From positions 14,863 to 78,862 of the forward strand of contig CAZGWJ010000001.1 of NCBI GenBank assembly GCA_964529445.1: a stretch of 64,000 bases of DNA. Direction: 5' to 3'. Positions 1-11,000 of this stretch are shown in pieces (the first letter of the stretch is position 1; every line of letters starts with the position of its first letter). The DNA comes from an uncultured bacterium. GTDB lineage: Bacteria > Oederibacteriota > Muellerivitia > Muellerivitales > Muellerivitaceae. Position numbers and translations under genes: made by a program. Under the pieces are notes generated by a model. That model was not told the origin of the DNA, did not search any database, and worked only from the letters and a program-made list of their open reading frames with translations.

Positions 1-1601
<1,601 letters not shown>

Positions 1602-1805
1602 CCTAATCTCCTCTTGAGAAATTGTGCCGCCCGGGTGGGAGGGGTGGAGCGTGGGGGCGGTCTGACGTCGAAATCGGGGTTCACGGCGGGGGAAGGGGAT
1701 CCCTCGACGCCGCAAACACGTCCGCTTTTATACAGCATTTTCAGGGGTTTCTCAAAAGTAATGACCGTGACATTCCTTCGAAAAAGCCAAAAAAACCAAT
1801 ACAAA

Positions 1806-1880
1806 GCCAACGCGAAGCCGTCCGCCTTTGGCGAGACCTCGCCATCAAGGGCTCTGGATGGCGGGCAGAGCCGCAGAGAA
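1806..1880. repeat. About 75-nt intergenic element, copy 1 of 2. The second copy is at 6321..6395, about 90% identical over the first roughly 60 nt.
   Basis: Shared run gccaacgcgaagccgtccgcctttggcgagacctcgccatcaaggg(c/t)tctggatggcgggc. It contains the dyad GGCGAG-AC-CTCGCC and a second hairpin GCCATC..GATGGC. Confidence 0.8.
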
Positions 1881-2061
1881 CTTCAGAATTATGAAGGGTT
1901 ATTGGGATGTGGCCAAATAGATTCGATCGGTATCAATTCAAAAAACGGTAAGCAATTCACTGGTGTCCAAGACGTCCGCCCTTCACGGGTCACGAGCCGT
2001 CAAACCCTTGTTTTGGACAGGCTCGAACACACAACCACGAAAAAGCCCCCTCTCCCCTTCC

Positions 2062-2085
2062 CCCTCTCCCGCAAGCGGGAGAGGG
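2062..2085. repeat. GC-rich hairpin CCCTCTCCCG-CAAG-CGGGAGAGGG, REP-like. Related copies are at 42433..42456, 31016..31039 and 57305..57327.
   Basis: Perfect 10-bp inverted repeat with the same stem sequence recurring at other intergenic sites. There is no clean U-tract directly after it on either strand. Confidence 0.6.
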
Positions 2086-2201
2086 CAATCATTCGAGCGT
2101 GAATTTCGCGACGAATGATGGGTGAGGGGACGTCTTGAGATGCCCTTCGGTTGAATGGTCTTGGACAGGTGTGTAAGCAATTTGAAAATGACTTTCTCAG
2201 C

Positions 2202-2231
2202 GGCTCTGTGTCTCTGCGGTCCCCGTTTCTG
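2202..2231. repeat. Copy of the dispersed CTCTGCGG decamer-type intergenic element, abutting the cydB stop
   Basis: ggctctgtgtCTCTGCGGTCCCCGTTTCTGTcag. It shares the CTCTGCGGTYCCCGTTT core with copies at 33147, 35036, 35117 and others. Confidence 0.6.
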
Positions 2232-3245
2232 TCAGTAGCCGTCGGGATCGGGGACGATCTTTCCCCTGAACGTCCGATACACCCAGGCCGTATAGAGGAT
2301 CACCAGCGGCAGGCCGAGTCCCGCGATGACCAGCATGATCCCGAGCGTCTTCGGCGAGGACGCGGAGTTCAGGACCGTCAGGCTGTTCGCGGGCGAACCC
2401 AGGGAGTAGACCATCGAGGGGTACAGGGAGGAGAAGAAGAAGGCCAGGGTCAGCACGATGGCAAGGGCGGAGGCCAGGAAGGCCCCGAAGGGTCGTTCTC
2501 GAACGAGGAAGGGGATTCCCAAGCCGGCGGCACAGGCCCCTAGGGGAAGGATCAGCAGGAAAGGGCGACTCTCGAAGGCCGTCCGGACCGGATCGGAACC
2601 GGCGATCGAGAGGGCGGTCAGGCCGAGGATGAAAAGGGGGAGGAGCACGCCGCCCAACCGGGCCACGGCCCGGAAGCGTTCCCGCAGAGGGTCCTCGGTC
2701 TTGAGGACGAGGTAGAGGGACCCGTGCACGGCCAGGACGCAGACCGAGGCCAGGCCGAACGTCAGGGCGAAGGGGTTCAACAGGGAAAGGAAGGTGCCCG
2801 CGAACTCGTGGTCCGGAGCCAGGGGGATGCCCCGTACGAGATTGCCGAAAGCGACCCCCAAGAGGAGCGCGGCCAACGTGCTGCCTCCCGCAAAGGCCAT
2901 GTCCCAGATCGCCCTCCAGGGGGCGGCGTCCACCTTGCTCCGGAACTCGAGGGATACGGCGCGCAGGATGAGGGCGAAAAGGAAGAGCATGAAGGCGAGG
3001 TAGAAACCCGAGAAGACCGTGGCGTAGACGTGAGGGAAGGCCGCGAAAAGGGCGCCGCCACCCGTCACCAGCCAGACCTCGTTGCCGTCCCAGACGGGGG
3101 CGATGGACTGAAGGAGCGTGCGCCGCCCTGTTTCCGTCCGGACGCCGAGGTGCAGGATACCGACCCCGAGGTCGAAGCCGTCCAGCACGATATAACCGAT
3201 GAACAGGAGGGCCACCAGGGCGAACCAGATGCTTTCGAGATCCAT
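2232..3245 (-). CDS. cydB: Cytochrome bd ubiquinol oxidase subunit II
   Basis: Translation from the internal ATG at 3243-3245 gives MDLESIWFALVALLFIGYIVLDGFDLGVGIL..., a typical CydB. The listed ORF 2232..3458 carries a spurious N-terminal extension that overlaps cydA. The start overlaps the cydA stop (ATGA). Confidence 0.9.
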   Translation of the reverse strand: MDLESIWFALVALLFIGYIVLDGFDLGVGILHLGVRTETGRRTLLQSIAPVWDGNEVWLVTGGGALFAAFPHVYATVFSGFYLAFMLFLFALILRAVSLEFRSKVDAAPWRAIWDMAFAGGSTLAALLLGVAFGNLVRGIPLAPDHEFAGTFLSLLNPFALTFGLASVCVLAVHGSLYLVLKTEDPLRERFRAVARLGGVLLPLFILGLTALSIAGSDPVRTAFESRPFLLILPLGACAAGLGIPFLVRERPFGAFLASALAIVLTLAFFFSSLYPSMVYSLGSPANSLTVLNSASSPKTLGIMLVIAGLGLPLVILYTAWVYRTFRGKIVPDPDGY

Positions 3246-4579
3246 CAGGATGCGACCTTTCCCGGGGGTTCGGGTCCCTTCATCACCTTGTGCACGGCGA
3301 GATACACGAAAAGCAGGAAGAGGAGGGAGTAGATGGCTCCGAAAAGGACGAGCGAGAAAAGGACCTCGCCGGCCGTCACGGTCTTTGAAAGGGCGTCGGA
3401 GGTGCGGAGGAGGTTGTACACGATCCAGGGTTGGCGGCCCACCTCGGTGGCGATCCATCCCACCTGGTTGGCGATCTGGGGGAGCAGTAGGGAGGGGACG
3501 AGCGCGAGAAGATAGGGGCGGAATTCAAAGAGCCGGCCCCGCCACCAGAGCAGGAGGCCCAGGAGGGAGAGCCCGATCAGGGCCATCCCGATCCCCACCA
3601 TGAGATGGTAGGCCTGGAAGACGATCTGAACAGGGGGGCGGTCGCCGGGAGGGAATTTTCTCAGGCCCGGCAGATGGCTTTTCGCGTCGAAGGTCACCAG
3701 CCAGCTGAGCATTCCCGGAAGCTTGACACCCCAGACCGTCTCGTTCCTCTCGTCCACCCATCCGAACAGGTACAGGTCGGCAGGGCCGGATTCCGGGTAA
3801 TGGGCCTCGTAGGCCGCGAGTTTGACGGGTTGCGTCGCGGCCACCTGGACGGCATGTCCGTGACCCACGAACAGTTGGAGCAGGGAGGCGAAGGCGGCCA
3901 CCAGGAGGCCGACCTTCAGGCAGGAGCGCGCGAACTCGAGGTGCCGTCTCTGCAGGAGGTAGAGGGCCGCGATCCCTGTCACCACGAAGGCGCCCGTGAG
4001 CCAGCATCCCACGATGACGTGGCTGAATCGGTAAAGGGAAGAGGGGTTGAAAACCATGGCCCAGAAATCGGTGATCTCGGCGCGGGTGGTGCCGTTCCTC
4101 GTCACGAGGGTGTAGCCCGCGGGAGTCTGCATCCAGGAATTCGCCGTGACGATCCAGAACGCCGAAAGGTGCGCTCCCAGGGAAACGAGGAAGGAGGACG
4201 TGAAATACATCCGGGGACCGACCTTTTTCCGGCCGAAAAGAAGGACTCCCAGGAAGGTGGATTCGAGGAAGAAGGCGAAGATGCCCTCGGCAGCCAGGGG
4301 ACTGCCGAAGACGTCGCCCACGAAGCGGGAATATGCGGCCCAGTTGGTGCCGAACTCGAACTCCATCACGATGCCGGAGGCCACGCCCAGGGCGAAGGTG
4401 AGCGCGAAGAGGCGGGTCCAGAACCGGGCCGCCTCCAGGTGGTGGGCCTCGCGGGTCTTCAGGTACAGGGCCTCGAACCACACGATGAAGAGAGAAAGGC
4501 CGATCGAGAGGGGTGGGAATATGTAATGGAAGCCGATTGTCAAGGCGAATTGAATTCGCGAGAGGAGAAGGGCGTCCAT
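3245..4579 (-). CDS. cydA: Cytochrome bd ubiquinol oxidase subunit I
   Basis: 444-aa polytopic membrane protein MDALLLSRIQFALTIGFHYIFPPLSIGL..., a typical CydA N-terminus and Q-loop region. Confidence 0.9.
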   Translation of the reverse strand: MDALLLSRIQFALTIGFHYIFPPLSIGLSLFIVWFEALYLKTREAHHLEAARFWTRLFALTFALGVASGIVMEFEFGTNWAAYSRFVGDVFGSPLAAEGIFAFFLESTFLGVLLFGRKKVGPRMYFTSSFLVSLGAHLSAFWIVTANSWMQTPAGYTLVTRNGTTRAEITDFWAMVFNPSSLYRFSHVIVGCWLTGAFVVTGIAALYLLQRRHLEFARSCLKVGLLVAAFASLLQLFVGHGHAVQVAATQPVKLAAYEAHYPESGPADLYLFGWVDERNETVWGVKLPGMLSWLVTFDAKSHLPGLRKFPPGDRPPVQIVFQAYHLMVGIGMALIGLSLLGLLLWWRGRLFEFRPYLLALVPSLLLPQIANQVGWIATEVGRQPWIVYNLLRTSDALSKTVTAGEVLFSLVLFGAIYSLLFLLFVYLAVHKVMKGPEPPGKVAS

Positions 4580-4657
4580 GGACGATATTCAATCGGTTCC
4601 GGAGGGGAATGTCAACTGGTGCTTGCTGTGCGCTTGGGATCCGGAATCGCCGTCGGA

Positions 4658-5044
4658 TCAGGTGTTGTTGTAGGTGAACCGAATCTCCGGCGGATGCTGG
4701 AGCGTGTGATGGATGGTGCAGGATTCGGCGGCTCGCTGGGCCACTTCCCTGAGATCGGGCGGGAGGCCGGCCGGGAGGTGGACCTGGATGTCGAAGGCGC
4801 CGATGCGGTGGGGTCCTTCGGCCATCGTGCCCGTCACGTCGACGGAAAGGCCGCGGGGTTCGAACCCCTTGCGGCGGAGGAATCTCGCCACGAAGAACCC
4901 GACGCAACCGGCCAGGGAGGCCGCCAGGTAATCGACCGGGGAGGGGTCCGCGGGCTCTCCCGGTTTCTGATCGGTGAAATAGGCATTGCCGCGGGTCCTC
5001 ATCTCCAACTTGTCCTCGCTGATCCAACGGGCGGTTGCTTGCAT
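4658..5044 (-). CDS. OsmC/Ohr-family peroxiredoxin-like protein
   Basis: 128 aa of OsmC-like size with the paired Cys context (LAGCVGFF ... AAESCTIHHTL). It sits 78 nt upstream of cydA on the same strand. Confidence 0.75.
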   Translation of the reverse strand: MQATARWISEDKLEMRTRGNAYFTDQKPGEPADPSPVDYLAASLAGCVGFFVARFLRRKGFEPRGLSVDVTGTMAEGPHRIGAFDIQVHLPAGLPPDLREVAQRAAESCTIHHTLQHPPEIRFTYNNT

Positions 5045-5122
5045 GAAAAACTCCTGTCGTATTCGTAAAGGATCGGTTCGATCGGTCTTATCAGACTGAT
5101 CAGACGGATCAAAAGCCGCTGC

Positions 5123-5335
5123 TTACTTGTTGCTCTGCTTCGTCGGGCAGGTGGAGATTCCCAATAGCGCGTAGGGCGTGCAGAACTGCAACTGGGCCGT
5201 CAGCAAGGCGGCGGCTCCCGCGATCCACGCGATCCACGCCGCAGTCCCCTGGAGAAAGAACCCAGCGACCACCAGGACGACTCCCACGACGTAACGGACG
5301 ATGCGGTCGGTCCCACCTACGTTTTTCTTGAACAT
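5123..5335 (-). CDS. DUF2892 (YgaP-like) small membrane protein
   Basis: MFKKNVGGTDRIVRYVVGVVLVVAGFF...TAQLQFCTPYALLGISTCP from the internal ATG at 5333-5335, preceded by an AGGAGG RBS. The listed ORF carries a 12-aa extension. Confidence 0.6.
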   Translation of the reverse strand: MFKKNVGGTDRIVRYVVGVVLVVAGFFLQGTAAWIAWIAGAAALLTAQLQFCTPYALLGISTCPTKQSNK

Positions 5336-5357
5336 GACACGCCTCCTGGAACTTGAT

Positions 5358-5687
5358 TCAAAGCGCCGCACCCTGCAACAGCGCGGTCTTCAACGCGTTG
5401 GCGTTGGTGACGCCGATGAACTGCTTCACCGGCCTTCCGTTCTTGAAGACCATGAGCGTGGGGATGCTCATGATGCCATAATGACCCGCCACCTCGGGGT
5501 TCTCGTCGGTGTTGAGTTTTCCCACGACCGCCGTCTCGCCGATCTCGGAGGCCAACTGCTCCACGATGGGGCCCTGCATCCGGCAGGGGCCGCACCAGGG
5601 GGCCCAGAAATCGACCAGGACGGGCTTGTCCGAGTCGATAACATCCTTCTGCCAGCCTTGGGTCGTGAATTCCTTCGCCTTGTTCAT
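5358..5687 (-). CDS. trxA: Thioredoxin
   Basis: [37 protein letters not shown]... with the WCGPC active site, about 109 aa from the ATG at 5685-5687. An AAGGAGGAT RBS lies 6 nt upstream. Confidence 0.9.
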   Translation of the reverse strand: MNKAKEFTTQGWQKDVIDSDKPVLVDFWAPWCGPCRMQGPIVEQLASEIGETAVVGKLNTDENPEVAGHYGIMSIPTLMVFKNGRPVKQFIGVTNANALKTALLQGAAL

Positions 5688-5741
5688 GACATCCTCCTTG
5701 GTTTTCCGGGCCGCCACGGCGGGCCGCCCCATGCACGGCTC

Positions 5742-5897
5742 TTACGAATGACTGACCATCGCACCCATCAGCGCCCCGTAGAAGGTGCTGATCCAGGGGT
5801 TCGAGGTGATGGGGCAAGCCCCCGAGGAACAGCCCACCAGCTTGTACCAGGTGAAGCCGAAGAGGGCCCCGATCACGATGCCGGCTGCCAGACGCAT
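5742..5897 (-). CDS. 51-aa membrane peptide with a GCSSGACP motif, hypothetical and below the ORF-track size cutoff
   Basis: Reverse-complement translation gives MRLAAGIVIGALFGFTWYKLVGCSSGACPITSNPWISTFYGALMGAMVSHS*. It has GC-rich codon usage like its neighbours and lies between arsR and trxA on the same strand. Confidence 0.5.
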   Translation of the reverse strand: MRLAAGIVIGALFGFTWYKLVGCSSGACPITSNPWISTFYGALMGAMVSHS

Positions 5898-5914
5898 GGT
5901 TACCTCCATCAGAC

Positions 5915-5925
5915 TATTAGTATTA
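5915..5925. promoter_or_regulatory. 11-bp box TATTAGTATTA, candidate ArsR-family operator, about 20 bp upstream of the small ORF start
   Basis: The identical 11-mer occurs in the opposite orientation at 6258..6268, about 20 bp upstream of the arsR start. Both sit in AT-rich promoter-like context. Confidence 0.35.
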
Positions 5926-5954
5926 ACTTATGAAACTGGGCCGAAAAAAAGGCC

Positions 5955-6239
5955 TCAGGCGTCGCAGAAGATCTCCTTCATCAAGTCCACCAGTTTTCCC
6001 ACCTTCGGGTTGGCCACGTCGTAGAAAGTGCGGTTTCCGCGGCGGGAGGTCTTCAGGACGCCCCGGGCCCTCATCTGCGCCAGGTGCTGGGAAACGTTGG
6101 ATTGGGTGGTCCCCAGGGCCTTCGTGAGGTCCTGGACGTTCCTCTCGCCGTTCACCAGGATGGCCAGAATGGACAGTCGGATGGGATGCGCGATGGATTT
6201 CACGCAATGGGCCGCCATGTCCACCTGGGCTTTCCTCAT
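5955..6239 (-). CDS. ArsR/SmtB-family metalloregulatory transcriptional repressor
   Basis: 94 aa with the HTH signature SIAHPIRLSILAILVNGERNVQDLTKALGTTQSNVSQHL. Confidence 0.85.
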   Translation of the reverse strand: MRKAQVDMAAHCVKSIAHPIRLSILAILVNGERNVQDLTKALGTTQSNVSQHLAQMRARGVLKTSRRGNRTFYDVANPKVGKLVDLMKEIFCDA

Positions 6240-6257
6240 GTCGACCTCCTTATATTA

Positions 6258-6268
6258 GATAATACTAA
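6258..6268. promoter_or_regulatory. Second copy (inverted) of the 11-bp TATTAGTATTA box, upstream of arsR
   Basis: taatactaata is the reverse complement of the box at 5915..5925. It is embedded in ttatattagataatactaatattctattatt. Confidence 0.35.
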
Positions 6269-6320
6269 TATTCTATTATTTGTCAAGGGGCAAATGGCGA
6301 GGATAACGGCTTAATTCAAC

Positions 6321-6395
6321 GCCAACGCGAAGCCGTCCGCCTTTGGCGAGACCTCGCCATCAAGGGTTCTGGATGGCGGGCGAAGTCGCGAAGAA
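6321..6395. repeat. About 75-nt intergenic element, copy 2 (see 1806..1880)
   Basis: gccaacgcgaagccgtccgcctttggcgagacctcgccatcaagggttctggatggcgggc is near-identical to copy 1. The distal part is degenerate. Confidence 0.8.
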
Positions 6396-6512
6396 CTGCA
6401 TGGATCGGAGACGGAAACGGCCTGAGATTGCCACACCTCAGACCACGCCTACCCGCCCTGAGCGAGGCCGAAGGGTCGGCGCTGAGGTTCACAATGACGG
6501 ATATAGCACAAA

Positions 6513-6886
6513 TCAACCGGTCAGTTTAAGTATGCGACCCACCGAGAGATAGGTAAGCCAAAGGCCAATAACGAACAAGAGGATTCCCAGCAGTAGAGTA
6601 ATTGAGGGTCCGGGTGTCATGTCCCATATAAGAACACATAACCATAACCCCCGTTCCATGAGTGAGAGGCCAATTACACCGAACAATACACCCAGAATAA
6701 AATCTTTTATCTTTTTTTGTGCCACAGCTCGCATTCGTTACCGGCCCAGACCTCGTCCGGCCGGTCCTCGATGTGGACCCGCAAATACTGCAGGCCGTCG
6801 ATTTCCTTGATGTTGATGACCTTGCCCACGCCGCGCGTGATCTTGTTGAAAACCTCGTCGTCCGTCTCAAAAGGGAAGTCGCCCAT
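6513..6886 (-). pseudogene. Small membrane protein gene split by a frameshift at an A7 homopolymer (6711..6717). The N-terminal 59 aa and the C-terminal two-TM part are in different frames.
   Basis: Frame A from the ATG at 6884-6886: MGDFPFETDDEVFNKITRGVGKVINIKEIDGLQYLRVHIEDRPDEVWAGNECELWHKKR*. An A8 version would read ...WHKKKIKDFILGVLFGVIGLSLMERGLWLCVLIWDMTPGPSITLLLGILLFVIGLWLTYLSVGRILKLTG. The segment 6500..6720 is AT-rich relative to the genome. Confidence 0.4.
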
Positions 6887-7031
6887 GAAGGCACCTCGGG
6901 ATAGAAGGGTTGTTGCGGCTATTGTACCTCAAATGAAAGAAGAATTCGGAATGAGGAACGGGAAATAGCCGTCTTGGCGTGGGCCGAAGGCCCTTGGCGA
7001 ACTTGGCGGTGAAAAAAGGTTTTGGAAAGGA

Positions 7032-7859
7032 TCAGTCGGGCAGGCTTTGGATCCTCTCCACGCATTCGCGGATGAGGTAGTCGGGGGTGGAAGCGCCCGC
7101 TGTGATGCCCACCCGGGTCTTGCCTTTGAACCAGGCGGGATCGAGCTCCTGGGCCGTTTCGACGTGGTAGGTGGCGCTGGGGAGATGCGCCTCGCAGGTC
7201 TCGGCCAGTTTGTGGGTGTTGGAGGAGTTGCGTCCCCCGATCACCACCATGACCTCGACCCTGCGGGAAAGCTCCTCGGCGGATTGTTGGCGGCGCTGGG
7301 TGGGTTTGCAGATGGTGTTGACGGCCTCCACCCGGGCGCAACGCGCCTTCAGGAGGTCCACCATCTTCCCGAACTTGTCCATCAGGAGGGTGCTCTGGCA
7401 GATGACGCCGATCGCGGCGTCCGCGGGGACCTTCTCCACGTCCTCCGGCTTGTTGACGATGAGGGGGTCCTTCATGCGGCTGGCGATGCCCTTGACCTCG
7501 ACGTGGTTCGGGTCGCCCACGATGACGATGCGTAACCCCTTCGACTCCAGGTCCTGGCCCGCCTTGTAGATGCTCGTCACGAGGGGACAGGTCAAGTCCA
7601 CGACCTGGTGGTCCTTTTTCAATTCCTCCAGGATATTCACGTCCAGCCCGTGGGCCGTGATGACGACCGGGTCGTCACCGATGTCCGAGGACGCTTTCAC
7701 CATGCGCTTGTGTTCGCGTTCGAGACGGGCCACTTCCTGGGGGTTGTGGATGAGGGAACCGTAGATGGCCGCGCGCGGGAGCTCCTCGGCCTTCTGGATG
7801 GCCCGTTTCACGCCGGTGCAGAACCCGGCGGCATTGGCGATGAGGATCTCCCGTGGCAT
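7032..7859 (-). CDS. ispH: 4-hydroxy-3-methylbut-2-enyl diphosphate reductase
   Basis: MPREILIANAAGFCTGVKRAIQKAEE..., a typical IspH/LytB N-terminus with the conserved Cys, from the internal ATG at 7857-7859. Confidence 0.9.
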   Translation of the reverse strand: MPREILIANAAGFCTGVKRAIQKAEELPRAAIYGSLIHNPQEVARLEREHKRMVKASSDIGDDPVVITAHGLDVNILEELKKDHQVVDLTCPLVTSIYKAGQDLESKGLRIVIVGDPNHVEVKGIASRMKDPLIVNKPEDVEKVPADAAIGVICQSTLLMDKFGKMVDLLKARCARVEAVNTICKPTQRRQQSAEELSRRVEVMVVIGGRNSSNTHKLAETCEAHLPSATYHVETAQELDPAWFKGKTRVGITAGASTPDYLIRECVERIQSLPD

Positions 7860-8024
7860 GACGACCCCTGAACGGCTCTCACCACGAAGACACGAAGGCA
7901 CCAAGGTGGAACCTGTATGATGGAAGACACGGAAACGATCCCGGTGCAAGCTTTGGATGCGATGTCCGTGCCCTGATATATATAATGAAGCGCGGACGAA
8001 TTACACCCCTTTCCGACCAACTCC

Positions 8025-11000
8025 TTGTCAAAAGGATCGCATCCTGTGACCCTTTCCCTATATAGAGGCCCTTTTCAGCCCTTCCTCGAGGAGAAACTGG
8101 TTGAACGCGTCGGTGCCTTCCGCGCGACCCATCCACGCGACGGGCTCACGGTCCTCGTTCCGAACCACCTCCTGACCCGGCACTTGCGGCGGATCCTGAC
8201 CGGGCGCGAAGGTTCGCTCTTCAATGTCGGCATATCCACGCTGCAGCATCATCTGAAGGAATCGACGGAGGAACTCTTCCTTTCCCGGGGATCCAGGCCC
8301 GTCCCGACGGGTGCCGCGTCACTTGTTCTCGAGGCTCTTTGTCCCCCGGCTTCACTGGCCGGTGGTCCTTTCGAGTCCATGGCGGGCAAACCCGGATTCC
8401 ATCCCGCCATCCACAAGACGATCCTCGAATTGCAGGAGGCGATGTTCGAGCCGGTGGCATTGCGCAAAGCGGCGGATGTCCTTTCTTCGGAGGAGGGGGG
8501 GCGGACGCTGTCCTCGCGCCTGCGGACCATCGCCGACGTATGGGATTCCTACGTATCGTGGAAATCGAAGAACGGGTTCCATGATGGGACCGATGCGGCT
8601 CGCGCGGTTCTGAAAAGCGCCTCCGGGCAGGGACCCCTCTTCCTCTACGGTTTCTACGACGCCACCCGGCTCCAGGAGGCCGTCTTCGCCCATTGGGCCG
8701 GGTTCCGGCCCGTGGAGTGTTTCGTTCCCGCCATGGATCGGGAGGCGTTCGAATACGCCCGACCTTTTGTCGAGCGCCTCAAGGTTCTGGGGGCGGAGAT
8801 CCGGGAAAGCGCGGAATATCCATCCGGAGATTCGCCTCTTTCCCGCCTCCAGGCACGCTTGTTCGGTTTCGGCGGACACGAACCGGATGTCTCGCTCGAG
8901 AAGGAGGAGGCGTTCGCGGGTTCCGACTTGAAAGTGTTCCTTTGCCCCGGCGAGGAAAGGGAAATGAGGGAAGCGGCGAGGGAAATGGCCTCTGCGGCCC
9001 TGGAGGGGAACATCCCCTTGCGGGAGTGCGCCGTCCTCTTCCGGACGCCCGAAGCCTACGAGGACCTTTCGGCCCCGGTCTTCGCGACGCAGGAGATTCC
9101 CTTCGAGTGGCGGCTTTCCCATCCCCTGGGAAGAACGCCGGAAGGCCGCGTCGCGGCGGCCTTGTGGAAATGCCTGTCGGAGGATTTCCCGCGCGGCACC
9201 GTGATGGATCTCCTGTACTCCGGTTGTGTGGATCCCCGCACTTTCTCCGTGGAAGGCACCGGTTGGAATCCGGGAGCTTGGGACATCCTCTCTCGTGAAG
9301 CCCAGGTGGTGGGCGGGCTCGATCAATGGAGGACCCGCATCGGGGCCTTGATGGACGATCTCGTGGCGCGGGAAAAGCGGGAGGGAAAACGGGAGGGAGA
9401 CTCCCGCCTTTCGGACGTGGATGCCCTGCGGGGCGTCGTGGATGCCCTCGCGCGGATGGCCCGGGATCTCCCGGCGGGCGGCTCGATCGAGGAGCGTGCC
9501 GCCAGTTTCGCCCGCCTGTTGGAGAGGATCATTCTTCCGGGAGATGTCAGGGAAGCCCTGGTCAGGGCCTTCAAGGGTTTGAGGGCCCTGGAAGGATTGC
9601 CGCAGGATCAGCCGCCCTTCGCCGACCTGTTGCGAACCCTTCTGGAGGGGATCCAGGTCGAACCGCCTGGTTCGTCGGAAGGCGGGATCGGTCTTCTGCC
9701 GCTCATGGACGCGCGCGGCGTTCCCTTCGACGTCGTGGCGTTGCCCGGACTCGCGGAGAAGGGCGTACCCCGGCTGGTGCGTCCCGACCCGTTCCTGCCC
9801 GACGGCGCCCGCTTTCGGCTCAACGAATGGGCTTCGAGCGCGAAGATCGGCGCCTATATCCCGCCGAAATCCGAAAGCGCGAAGGAGGAGCGACTGCTCT
9901 TTGCCTTGGGCGTGATGGCGGCTCGCAAGCGTCTCATCCTCACCGTGCCTGTCCTGGACGTCGCGGGGGGCCAGGTTCGCTACCCGTCGGTCTACGTCCT
10001 GGAAGCCGTCGAGGCCGCCGCGGGCCGGGATCCGGCCCGATCCGGGTTCCCGAAGGGTCTGGTTCGCAACATCCGCTATGATGAGCTCGATCGGGGGGAC
10101 ATCGCCTCCTGCTCCGACGATCGGGAACGGCTCGTGACGGCCATGGCGATCGCGCGCCGGGGGAACCTGGTCCCCGCATTGGCCTATATCCGACGTCATC
10201 CTTTCTATCTTCCGGGCGAAACCCTCCTGAGAGAACGGCAGGATTCGTCCGTTTTCACGGTTTTCGACGGGATGATCCGGGACAAGACCCTCCTCGGGAA
10301 GCTCAACGACCGTTTCTCGCTCGAGAAAGGCGCCTGGTCCCCCACGCGCTTGGAGACCTACGCCACCTGCCCGTTGAAGTATTACTTCCGGTACGCGCTT
10401 TCGATCCCCGTCACGCCCGAGCCCGAACAGGAACTCGAGATCGACGCCCCTTCCAGGGGTTCGCTCATCCACGAGGTCCTTGAGAAGACGTTCGCCCGGG
10501 GCCTCGAGGAGGGCTGGTTGAAGGCAAGGGACGCAGCCCAGGCCCGGGAAGCCGCCGGGCAGGAGATCGAGCGGACCCTGGATCGTTTCGAAAAGGACGG
10601 GGTCACGGGTTCCGCCGTTCTTTGGATGCGGGAGAGGGCGGTCGTGCGGGAAACCGTGATGAACACCCTGGAGGTCGCTCTTCGCGAAACGGACTGGGAG
10701 GTCGCCGCGATCGAGGCATCGTTCGGCGGGGAAGGCAAACCCGGGTTCGCGCTCACCCTTCCCGACGGGTCCGCCGTGGAGCTCAAGGGACGCGTCGATC
10801 GCGTGGATCTCTCGCGGGACCGTCATAAGACACGAGTCGTGGACTATAAATCCGGGAGCGCGACCGCCTATCACAACAATCGCCTGGAAAAGGGGATGCA
10901 CATCCAGTTGGCTCTCTACGCCCGGGCGGTCGGTCGTCTGTTCCCGGGGACCCAGCCGGGGCCGGCCGTCTACGAGTTCGTGACCCAAGGGACCCGGGAC

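Noticed and set aside
3525-5068. Listed 500-aa (-) and 487-aa (+) ORFs spanning cydA and osmC
   Set aside because: Arg/Pro/Gly-rich compositions typical of wrong-frame or antisense reading of high-GC coding DNA. cydA and the OsmC-like gene explain the region.
8352-10988. 878-aa minus-strand ORF
   Set aside because: Antisense to the AddB-like gene. Biased R/G/P/H/D composition and no recognisable motifs. The plus-strand protein has coherent domains.
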